This document shows positions 56,638 through 64,000 of a DNA stretch of 64,000 nt, piece after piece. The first letter of the stretch is position 1. Each line of letters starts with the position of its first letter. The notes under the pieces are model-generated. The model saw only the letters and a program-made list of their open reading frames with translations. It ran no database searches and was not told the DNA's origin. Source of the DNA: Candidatus Thorarchaeota archaeon (GTDB taxonomy: Archaea; Asgardarchaeota; Thorarchaeia; Thorarchaeales; Thorarchaeaceae); the NCBI GenBank assembly GCA_048882485.1, contig JBHLRP010000006.1, positions 32,001 through 96,000 of the forward strand, in the 5' to 3' direction. Both the position numbers and the translations under genes were made by a program.

Positions 56638-57036
56638 GTGAGCATTCAGAAAAAGACCGCGAAGGGATTGAAACCAGGGAGTTATTTCCTAATTGATGGA
56701 GAACCATGTAGAGTGATATCCATAGAGAAGTCAAAGCCTGGAAAACATGGTTCTGCAAAGGCCAATATCACAGCAGTGGGTTTCTTCGATAATAGAAAAC
56801 GGAATGTCATAATGCCGGCAGATCGTCAAGTGGATGTGCCCCTGATTGATAAAAGAAGCGCTACCATCATTGCAGACATGGGAGAGACTTTGAGTCTGAT
56901 GGATACAGGCGAGCCCTACGAAACTTATGAAGTAGCAAGACCCACAGATGAGGAGATGGCTACCAAGATCGCACTCAATGCTGAAGTTGAAGTCTGGGAT
57001 GTAATGGGCACAAAGGTCATCACCAGGGTGAAGTAG
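56638..57036 (+). CDS. eif5a: Translation factor aIF5A
   Basis: IDGEPC, SKPGKHGSAKA hypusine-site motif. Confidence 0.96.
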   Translation: MSIQKKTAKGLKPGSYFLIDGEPCRVISIEKSKPGKHGSAKANITAVGFFDNRKRNVIMPADRQVDVPLIDKRSATIIADMGETLSLMDTGEPYETYEVARPTDEEMATKIALNAEVEVWDVMGTKVITRVK

Positions 57037-57136
57037 AAGGTTTCAGCGCGCTCTTCACAGTTCATCCAGACCAGTGGATACTATTCATTTATCACCCACG
57101 GAGTCAGATTGCCAAATGACATCCGGAGTTGATCCT

Positions 57137-57577
57137 ATGGGCTCGGAAGAGAAACTTGGCAAGTACGATATGAAAATAATAAAGGAGCTCTTGGAAAACT
57201 CGAGAAGTCCACTCAGGGATATCGGAAAACGAGTCAAACTTAGCGCTAGTTCTGTGAGAAATAGAATGGCTCGCTTAGAAGCCATGAATGTGATTAAGAA
57301 ATACACAGTTGATGTTGATTGGAGAAAGCTAGGATATGATATAGAAGTAATTTTGCTGATTTCATCTTGGATGACGGCGTCCAGAGAGATTCACGAAACC
57401 CTCTCACAGTTTGAACAAGTGAGTAGGGTCTATTGGACTGCTGGCACAGCTAATCTAGTCTGCTTTATCCGTGTAGAAACAATGCAGGAACTATCCGCAT
57501 TCATAACAGAGAATTTGGAGAAACTGCGTGGTATTGAGAGGGTCGAGAGTCTATTTATCATGCCAGTGCCAGAATGA
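57137..57577 (+). CDS. Lrp/AsnC family transcriptional regulator
   Basis: D.KII..L..NSR....DIGK...LS.SSV.NR..RLE...VIKKY...D..KLG. Confidence 0.93.
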   Translation: MGSEEKLGKYDMKIIKELLENSRSPLRDIGKRVKLSASSVRNRMARLEAMNVIKKYTVDVDWRKLGYDIEVILLISSWMTASREIHETLSQFEQVSRVYWTAGTANLVCFIRVETMQELSAFITENLEKLRGIERVESLFIMPVPE

Positions 57578-57675
57578 GGTGGTAGCACGGGCGAGATTTG
57601 ACTAGAGTGTTCTCCTTGGCCAATCAAAGCAATCACATGGATATAAGAAGATGTAGATATATTGGGGCCTATTGA

Positions 57676-58062
57676 GTGAACCAATTGAAGAAGGACTTCC
57701 TAGTATTATCTCTCATATTAGGCCTGATAGGAACTACTGCAGTTGTCATATCGTCAAGCCGTCAAATCAATGTGCCAATTCCTTAAGATGTGGAGGGTAA
57801 ATTGGGCGAGAATTTGATTAGAAGTATACAATATGGGACATGGGGATTAATGCATGATTGTCGCATTGCGTGTAATTCCTTAGAGGGGATGTTCACGGTC
57901 ATAGATTTTCTGAACAATGAATCTGTGGAGGATTTCTACTATCGACTACCATATCCTAGGATACATGTATTCCTCACAGCTGAGCAAATCTACACGATTG
58001 CTAGAATGGCTGAAGTGACAAGTATTCGGCATCCATCAACAGTTACTGTTGTCACGCCATAG
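57676..58062 (+). pseudogene. Secreted hypothetical protein interrupted by an in-frame TAA
   Basis: GTG at 57676 encodes a signal-peptide-like segment in frame with ORF 57790-58062; TAA at 57784-57786. Confidence 0.5.
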
Positions 58063-58074
58063 GATGTAAAATAA

Positions 58075-58191
58075 TGGTGCGGAGGGCGAGATTCGAACTC
58101 GCGAACTTCTACAAGATTCCCCTGCAATCACCAGGGTGAACGCATCAGGGACCTGAGCCCTGCGCCTTTGACCAGGCTTGGCAACCTCCGC
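58075..58191 (-). tRNA. tRNA-Leu(CAG) with encoded CCA and 29-nt intron (58117-58145) at position 43/44
   Basis: GCGGAGG/CCTCCGC acceptor stem, D arm GCC-AAGCCTGGTCAAA-GGC, CAGGG-CTCAGGT-CCCTG anticodon arm, long variable arm, GCGAG-TTCGAAT-CTCGC T arm, BHB motif at insert junctions. Confidence 0.93.
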
Positions 58192-58256
58192 ATTCGAACA
58201 ACTCGGAATTCGCGACTTATGATAAGGATTTCTATAAATCGTGGACCGCGAGCGAT

Positions 58257-59009
58257 TTAGCCATGAACTCGTGCTTCTTTCATTTGACGTCTGAGACTTG
58301 TCCAATCACCCATTTTGTCGAGTACTATCCTGTCCGATAGCGCATCTTCAACAGCGCCGTCAAACACAATCCTTCCTTGATCAATGACGGCAACGGAATC
58401 CGCCCAGTTTTCTAGAAAGAAGCGGTTATGGGTTGTGTATAGAATGCTAATCCCCTCCTGCCGGAGATCTCTAATGATGTCCACAATCCCTGTAATCATT
58501 GGAAAGTCTAACCCTGCGAATGGCTCATCCAGAATCAGGATACTGGGGTGCATTGCAACAATCCCTGCCAGTGCTACTCTCTTCGCCTGGCCGTGACTCA
58601 TCTCGTTTACGGGTCTATCAATGAAATCACTCATTCCCACTTTCTCCAGAGACCACTCCACCCGTTTTGCCACCTCTTCTTCACTCAATCCTAGATTCAT
58701 CGGACCAAATGCAACGTCTTCCCACACAGTTGGGGCAAATAGCTGATCATCTGGATTCTGAAAGAGAAATCCTATGTTTTGTCGAATCTCCCATAGGTTT
58801 TCACGAGTGACCTTTCTATCGTGGACAAAGATTGCTCCAGAATACGGCTCTAATAGACCCATTATCAGCTTGAACAGCGTGGTCTTTCCAGAACCATTCT
58901 GACCTACAACTGCCTTCTGTTCTCCCATATGTAGCTGAAGGCTGATGTCTTCCATCTTGAATTCGTCATATCTGAAGTACACTTTGCTTACATCAATTGC
59001 ACAAGTCAT
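58257..59009 (-). CDS. ECF ATPase CbiO/NikO
   Basis: GQNGSGKTT, FQNPDDQLFAPTV.EDVAFGP, MSHGQAKRVALA, LDEP. Confidence 0.93.
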   Translation of the reverse strand: MTCAIDVSKVYFRYDEFKMEDISLQLHMGEQKAVVGQNGSGKTTLFKLIMGLLEPYSGAIFVHDRKVTRENLWEIRQNIGFLFQNPDDQLFAPTVWEDVAFGPMNLGLSEEEVAKRVEWSLEKVGMSDFIDRPVNEMSHGQAKRVALAGIVAMHPSILILDEPFAGLDFPMITGIVDIIRDLRQEGISILYTTHNRFFLENWADSVAVIDQGRIVFDGAVEDALSDRIVLDKMGDWTSLRRQMKEARVHG

Positions 59010-60784
59010 ATCATAATTGCCTCCAAAACTGGTGGTATTAGGAATATCATCGCCATTAGAAGAGAAATGATTAGAATGGGCAGCACCGAGTCTGACCGCC
59101 TGAACCCTCCACTGGTGACCATCATGCCTTTTCCAAAGCCTCTCAAAGTCATCGAATCGTAGACCATTGCACTTCGGTCAAAGGCTCTATCAATTGTGGT
59201 GCCAGCTAGATAACCCATTGAACGAATTCGATTCAAGCCTGTTCCGCGTTCATAGCCCCGAAGTGATTGCGCCTCCTGCATTCGATTTCGCTCTTCAATG
59301 AATAGAGGAACATATCGGAACATAATGAGCATGGAGCCAAGAATTGCAGTAGGAATTTTGAGCGTCTTGAGAGCACCTATGAATTCACTCAGAGTCATAT
59401 GGGACAGAGCTGCTAGAAAGGTCAGTAGGATAGCAAACATCCGCATTCCTAATAATACTCCAAGGAATAGTCCCTCCCAATATGCATGGATGTGACCCCA
59501 TGGAAATTGTAGGGTGAAGAGAATTGTACTGCCAAATAGAAATGGCTCAAGAATAATCCAGAAGAGAATGATTGCTTCGAACTTGGCTGCCATTGAGATA
59601 GATCTTCTCCAATTTGTACCTGACATTACGCCAGTACCCAAAACCAGAACGATGAGAATAGATAGCATGATGATGCTGTTCTGAATCGTAATGGCTATTG
59701 CTAATGCAATAGCAGAAACCAGGATTCCGGCTGGAGAGAATGGTGTGGGAGATCGTTTTCCTTCTGCGAATGGCAACAGAAACTTACCTGTTTCCGGCCC
59801 ATGAGAACGTGAGTCGTGTGCAGCTCTTCGAAATAGAATGAGCCCCAATCCTAGGGCGGCAAGAATGCCGATGGATCCGGTGACCATGTCAATCACAGGG
59901 CCCTCGCCAAACTGAGACCAGATTCCTGGAAAGCCAACCTCTGGGTCGGTTATGCCAGCAAACTCAAAGAAGGCCCATTCAAAGCCATCTGGATTTTCAG
60001 ATGCAAACCCGCTGAAAATGGCCAGTCCCACCAAGGTAATGGTGAGCACTGTTGATGCAATCAAGGGTTTTAGCGAGGTCTCCTTCTTCAAGGGTTCACT
60101 ATCCTGATCTGGCTCTTCAGACGTAGTCATTTCTCGCGATTCAGATGGCCTCAAGAAGGATACTAGACTTGGTTTTGCCTTGACAAAATAGAGGAGTATC
60201 ACTGTGGTCAGTATTGCTTCTCCAATTCCTATGATAACATGAACAGAAGTCAGTGCAAGCAGAACCTCAGTCCCAAAGCCAGGTATTGTGAGCAGCTGGA
60301 GGCCTAGTAAGAACGCAGCGCTAACAGTCACTATGAATGACGCAGCAGCCGCTGAGAATAGAGTAGCCACCTTCTTGTTTGATACTCTTGTCGCAACTCT
60401 GAAAAACATGAAAGCAAGACCATATCCCAAAAAGACTGCGAATACACCCATGTTGAAGAAGTTGAGTCCGAAGGTGATAATGCCTCCATCGCCGTAGAGT
60501 GCTTGTACGAAAAGCACAAGCGCCATAATCAAAGCTGCGACCCATGGGCCCACCATTATAGCGAGAAGAGTTGAGCCAACAAGATGGCCACTTGAGAATG
60601 GCGGAACTGGGAAATTAATTAGCTGAGCTGCGAAAATGACTGCTGCAAGAACTCCCATGTAGGGCACCAATCGGTCATCGAACTTCTTGTTCACTACCCG
60701 CAACGACAGAACTATTGTAGCCCCACTGACTATTAGCAGAAATATCTGTAGCCAGAGTGGTACTATGCCGTCGGGTACATGCAA
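59006..60784 (-). CDS. Fused Ni/Co ECF transporter NikM-NikN(PDGLE)-NikQ
   Basis: N-terminal MHVPDG, SSGHLVG, QAL..GDGG; middle ASENPDGFE; C-terminal T component FRYVPL..EE..RM..AQ.LRG, SMTLRGF. Confidence 0.9.
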   Translation of the reverse strand: MHVPDGIVPLWLQIFLLIVSGATIVLSLRVVNKKFDDRLVPYMGVLAAVIFAAQLINFPVPPFSSGHLVGSTLLAIMVGPWVAALIMALVLFVQALYGDGGIITFGLNFFNMGVFAVFLGYGLAFMFFRVATRVSNKKVATLFSAAAASFIVTVSAAFLLGLQLLTIPGFGTEVLLALTSVHVIIGIGEAILTTVILLYFVKAKPSLVSFLRPSESREMTTSEEPDQDSEPLKKETSLKPLIASTVLTITLVGLAIFSGFASENPDGFEWAFFEFAGITDPEVGFPGIWSQFGEGPVIDMVTGSIGILAALGLGLILFRRAAHDSRSHGPETGKFLLPFAEGKRSPTPFSPAGILVSAIALAIAITIQNSIIMLSILIVLVLGTGVMSGTNWRRSISMAAKFEAIILFWIILEPFLFGSTILFTLQFPWGHIHAYWEGLFLGVLLGMRMFAILLTFLAALSHMTLSEFIGALKTLKIPTAILGSMLIMFRYVPLFIEERNRMQEAQSLRGYERGTGLNRIRSMGYLAGTTIDRAFDRSAMVYDSMTLRGFGKGMMVTSGGFRRSDSVLPILIISLLMAMIFLIPPVLEAIMI

Positions 60785-60828
60785 TTTTCTCTTCTCTCCA
60801 AGATTATTTCTGAACGAAGCCTTTATGT

Positions 60829-60855
60829 GTGTTACTTTTCATCAATTCGTGCCAC
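60829..60855. promoter_or_regulatory. Candidate NikR operator
   Basis: GTGTTAC-N13-GTGCCAC between divergent nikM and nikR; second GTGTTAC half site at 60870-60876. Confidence 0.6.
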
Positions 60856-60894
60856 TCATAGAGTCGGTTGTGTTACTTACGTTCGGTGGTGTGA

Positions 60895-61344
60895 TTGTTG
60901 TCAAAAGAACATGAGTTGAAACGGTTCGGAGTATCAATACCAACAGACCTTCTCAAACAGTTCGACGCTCTTGTCAAAGCCAAGCGATATGTTGGGAGAT
61001 CTGAAGCCATAAGAGATGCCATGAGGCTATTCATCTCCCAATGGGAGATTGAGAACAATCAAGAAGGCAATGCGGCTACTCTTAGTGTTGTCTACAGGCA
61101 TAGAGCCAAGCTTATGGCTGAGTTGACAAACACACAACATGACTCACCTGCGAACGTGATATCCACTATGCATGTTCATCTCACACCATCCCACTGCATG
61201 GAGGTGCTTACTCTAAATGGATCGCAGGAAGACATCCAGAAACTCGCAGACCGAGTGAGTGGGCTATCCGGCGTTGAGTTCACGAAGCTCTTTTCATTTG
61301 TGATACCGGAGTCCTCAGAGAACGACCATGCCCATCATCATTGA
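60895..61344 (+). CDS. nikR: Nickel-responsive regulator NikR
   Basis: RFGVSIP..LL..FD...RSEAIRDAMR RHH; QH, STMHVHL...HCMEV; His-rich tail. Confidence 0.95.
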   Translation: MLSKEHELKRFGVSIPTDLLKQFDALVKAKRYVGRSEAIRDAMRLFISQWEIENNQEGNAATLSVVYRHRAKLMAELTNTQHDSPANVISTMHVHLTPSHCMEVLTLNGSQEDIQKLADRVSGLSGVEFTKLFSFVIPESSENDHAHHH

Positions 61345-61350
61345 GAGAAA

Positions 61351-61842
61351 CTAGTTCATCTCACTGATAACCTCAAACATCCGCGACATATCAGGACAAG
61401 CATTGCTAGTCACTTTCAAGACCTCAATATGGCGGAGTCTTCCTTCCTTGTCCACCAAGAAGACTGCCCTCTTCCCATACCCTTCTTTGGGCACAAAACA
61501 ATCATACTTCAATGTTGCATCTCCAAGAGGAACATAATCAGCTAGAACGGGAAAACCCAAATCACCTACTTCATCCAGCCATTGCCTGTTTTTCTCCACT
61601 GAAGCCATGTTGATAGCCAATACTTGTGTATCAGCAGCCTCAAACTGAGTGAGATACTCCTGATAGAATGTGAAGCTGTCCTTGCATCCTGAATTCAAAT
61701 CACCTGGATGCAGGGCAACTAGAACATTCTTCCGTCCCCTGAAATCGGAAAGACGAACACTCTTGCCATTCTGGTCTGGTAGGTTGAAGTCAGGCGCTTC
61801 TTCTCCAAGGTTCAGACACACATTCTGTTCTCGCAATAGCAT
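61351..61842 (-). CDS. Peroxiredoxin/AhpC-TSA family redoxin (start uncertain)
   Basis: GEEAPDFNLPDQNGK.V.LSDFRG, HPGDLNSGC, RAVFLVDKEG. Confidence 0.88.
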   Translation of the reverse strand: MLLREQNVCLNLGEEAPDFNLPDQNGKSVRLSDFRGRKNVLVALHPGDLNSGCKDSFTFYQEYLTQFEAADTQVLAINMASVEKNRQWLDEVGDLGFPVLADYVPLGDATLKYDCFVPKEGYGKRAVFLVDKEGRLRHIEVLKVTSNACPDMSRMFEVISEMN

Positions 61843-61968
61843 CTTTTGAGTCACTTCGAATCGTTTGGTATTAAGAAGCTGGTCTATACTTATCAAGTTA
61901 ACTATTGTTATTGTGCTTATAGGGATTATGGACATAGTCAAAAGCGGGAAATGGATGAGTTCAAGGCG

Positions 61969-62946
61969 ATGACTACTAATCCGCTAATTGAGATTGCAGA
62001 CGGGATTCAGCTCTTCATCCCCCCTCCAGACAGAATCGCAGGGTGGAGAAGGTCAGGCAATGTAGTCATCCTAGACATCAACAAGTCCTTGTTCCTCATA
62101 GATTCTGGAGGGCCTTCAGCAAGAAAGCAAATCAAATCCATAGTCCGGTCATTTCTTGCAGATGGAAGCCAGGACATCTACTGTGTACATACTCATGGCC
62201 ATATCGACCACATGGCGGGAGCGCATCCACTGCAGGAATCCTTCGGAGCAAGCATATGGGCTCCTAAAGAAGCAGTCCCATTTGTGATGAAGCAATCACC
62301 GATCTTTCTAGAGAGGGAACAGGATTCGCTCGTGGTTTCGTTTAGTGAACTTTTCACGGCGCCATCATGGTTTGTTAGAGGTGCGATGTGGGCAACATTG
62401 GGACGCAATCGACCTCTTGTTGATGTGAAGCCAATCAGCAGATGCGACAGTTTGGATGAAACTGGATTTCGCCCAATTGCACTCCCGGGCCATCATTTCG
62501 GGCACACCGGATTCTACAGTGATGAGGAAGGAATACTGGTTGCTGGAGACCTCATGGATCCACGCCACAAGATGAAACCAATTCTGACTTCGCCATCGTC
62601 AGACTTTGTGGAGTTGAGAGATTCTCTAAATATTACAAGACAACTGGCGCCATCCACAATTCTACCCGGTCACGGATTTCCTATTCAAGGAGATGATGAA
62701 ATCCAACAGGCCATTGAAAAAGCTGAGGCGATAATGGATGGGGCTTTACAGGCAGTGATTGAGATTCTGGAAAAAGCCCCTGTCACACTCGCAGAGATTT
62801 CCAATAGGATGGTGAGAAAAGGAATTGGTCCGGGAGATGTCTTCAGAAGAATGTTCATCCATAGCATTCTAAGACATCTAATGGAAACAGGGAAGGCGTC
62901 TAGACAAACCAAGGCAAGAGGGAAGACAGTGTTCTCTCTCCAATGA
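61969..62946 (+). CDS. MBL-fold metallohydrolase with C-terminal wHTH
   Basis: LIDSG, HTHGHIDH, PGHH.GH, AGD, PGHG. Confidence 0.9.
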   Translation: MTTNPLIEIADGIQLFIPPPDRIAGWRRSGNVVILDINKSLFLIDSGGPSARKQIKSIVRSFLADGSQDIYCVHTHGHIDHMAGAHPLQESFGASIWAPKEAVPFVMKQSPIFLEREQDSLVVSFSELFTAPSWFVRGAMWATLGRNRPLVDVKPISRCDSLDETGFRPIALPGHHFGHTGFYSDEEGILVAGDLMDPRHKMKPILTSPSSDFVELRDSLNITRQLAPSTILPGHGFPIQGDDEIQQAIEKAEAIMDGALQAVIEILEKAPVTLAEISNRMVRKGIGPGDVFRRMFIHSILRHLMETGKASRQTKARGKTVFSLQ

Positions 62947-62948
62947 AA

Positions 62949-64000
62949 CTAGGAGTCTGTTTCTTTAAGCGCAGACCGCAGGATTTTGCCATCTTCAGCA
63001 ATAGGCAGTGATTCTCGGATAATTACCTCTTTTGGTTTCTTGTATGATGCCATCTTTCCTGTACACCATTCGAGAATCTCATTCTCAGTTATATCTGATC
63101 CCGGCTTGGGTACAACAAATGCACGCACCACTTCTCCCCATGTTCTATCCGGAATGCCTAAAATCACTGCAGATTCAACATTTGGATGCTGAGAGATCAA
63201 CTCCTCAACCTCTGCTGGGAAGACTTTCTCACCTCCAGAAAAGATCACCTCACTCTTCCGTTCCACATAATAGTAATTGCCCTCCTCATCAGTTCTGAAT
63301 AGGTCTCCAGTCCGAAACCACTCACCCTCAAAGGAGTCTTTGGTCATGGCTTCATCATCATGGTAGCCGCTCATGAGAGAGGGGCTTCGATATATCGCCT
63401 CACCCACCTCTCCAGGTTTCACATCGTCTCCCATTTCGTTGACTACTCTCATCTCAACGCCGCTGATTGGCTTTCCTATGTACCCCTCTGTGATTCTGGG
63501 AATGTCATCAACAGTGAGGAAAGAATAGATGGCTGCGCCTATATTCTCAGTCTGACCGTAGCCATCGACTAATACGGTATCCGGGAATCGTGCTAGAATC
63601 TCCTTCTTCATAGAAGCTGGCATTTTCGATCCTCCTGAAGAAAGCAATGTTACAGAGGTCATGTCATGAGATTCCAAATCTGGGTAGTCCAGGAGCATTC
63701 TAAACTGGGTGGGCACCATGAATACTGCTGTTATCTTCTCCCGTTCAATGATTTCAAGAATTTCCAGAGGTGAGAAGCTCAAAGACTTTGGAAAGACAAC
63801 TGGTCGCTTCATTGCAGCCATGATAATAGCTGGCATGAATCCTGACAAGTGGTACAACGGTGTAGGAACAAGGAACTTGAGCTCGTGCTCTGTAGGGAGA
63901 AGTGCAGATTCTGGAACTTTGCCTTCGAAAATGAGACTAAGACCGTGGTCGGGTATCAGCGTACAGGCATCAAGCAGAGCTTGATGGGAGAAATTTGTCC
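62949..64000 (-). CDS. Acyl-CoA synthetase/AMP-binding enzyme (5' truncated by window edge)
   Basis: GYGQTE, GE...RSPSLMSGY, WFRTGDL, SGGEKVFPAEVE, GKILR; frame open to the window end. Confidence 0.93.
   Translation of the reverse strand, partial: TNFSHQALLDACTLIPDHGLSLIFEGKVPESALLPTEHELKFLVPTPLYHLSGFMPAIIMAAMKRPVVFPKSLSFSPLEILEIIEREKITAVFMVPTQFRMLLDYPDLESHDMTSVTLLSSGGSKMPASMKKEILARFPDTVLVDGYGQTENIGAAIYSFLTVDDIPRITEGYIGKPISGVEMRVVNEMGDDVKPGEVGEAIYRSPSLMSGYHDDEAMTKDSFEGEWFRTGDLFRTDEEGNYYYVERKSEVIFSGGEKVFPAEVEELISQHPNVESAVILGIPDRTWGEVVRAFVVPKPGSDITENEILEWCTGKMASYKKPKEVIIRESLPIAEDGKILRSALKETDS

Noticed and set aside
58036-58305. 89-aa minus-strand ORF
   Set aside because: It is a translation through the tRNA-Leu gene
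61351-61842. Selenoprotein peroxiredoxin
   Set aside because: The catalytic position is a Cys codon and there is no in-frame TGA

Overview
Archaeal chromosome segment, very probably from an Asgard archaeon (Thorarchaeota-like; inferred from the combination of archaeal information-processing genes rtcB, cca, class I lysS, rps26e, rpl13e, aIF5A, nob1, trmY with eukaryotic-signature genes: Arf- and Rab-like small GTPases, longin/roadblock-like proteins, three Bet3/TRAPP-V4R proteins, SNAP/TPR and PCI-like proteins). Most of the window is dense housekeeping sequence. The outstanding feature is a roughly 5.5-6.8 kb accessory array (about 36760-43560) starting directly upstream of rpl13e, in which single unrelated genes in either orientation are separated by same-orientation copies of a composite site. 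Each site has an almost invariant core (T/C)GCnTATTAG-GCTTT-CGAGATGGCA flanked, across 6-bp linkers, by related 10-6-10 imperfect palindromes. The layout resembles a tyrosine-recombinase gene-cassette array (integron- or pdif-like in logic, but not attC- or dif-like in sequence), with sites decaying away from rpl13e and no recombinase gene in the window. Other notable items: a tRNA-Leu(CAG) with a BHB-flanked intron at non-canonical position 43/44, a class I LysRS with degenerate HIGH/KMSKS motifs, two unexplained structured intergenic regions, a duplicated roadblock-like/Bet3 gene module, a NikM-NikN-NikQ triple fusion with a candidate NikR operator, and an L13e with an extra C-terminal HhH-like domain. 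All calls come from reading the sequence and ORF translations; no database search was run.
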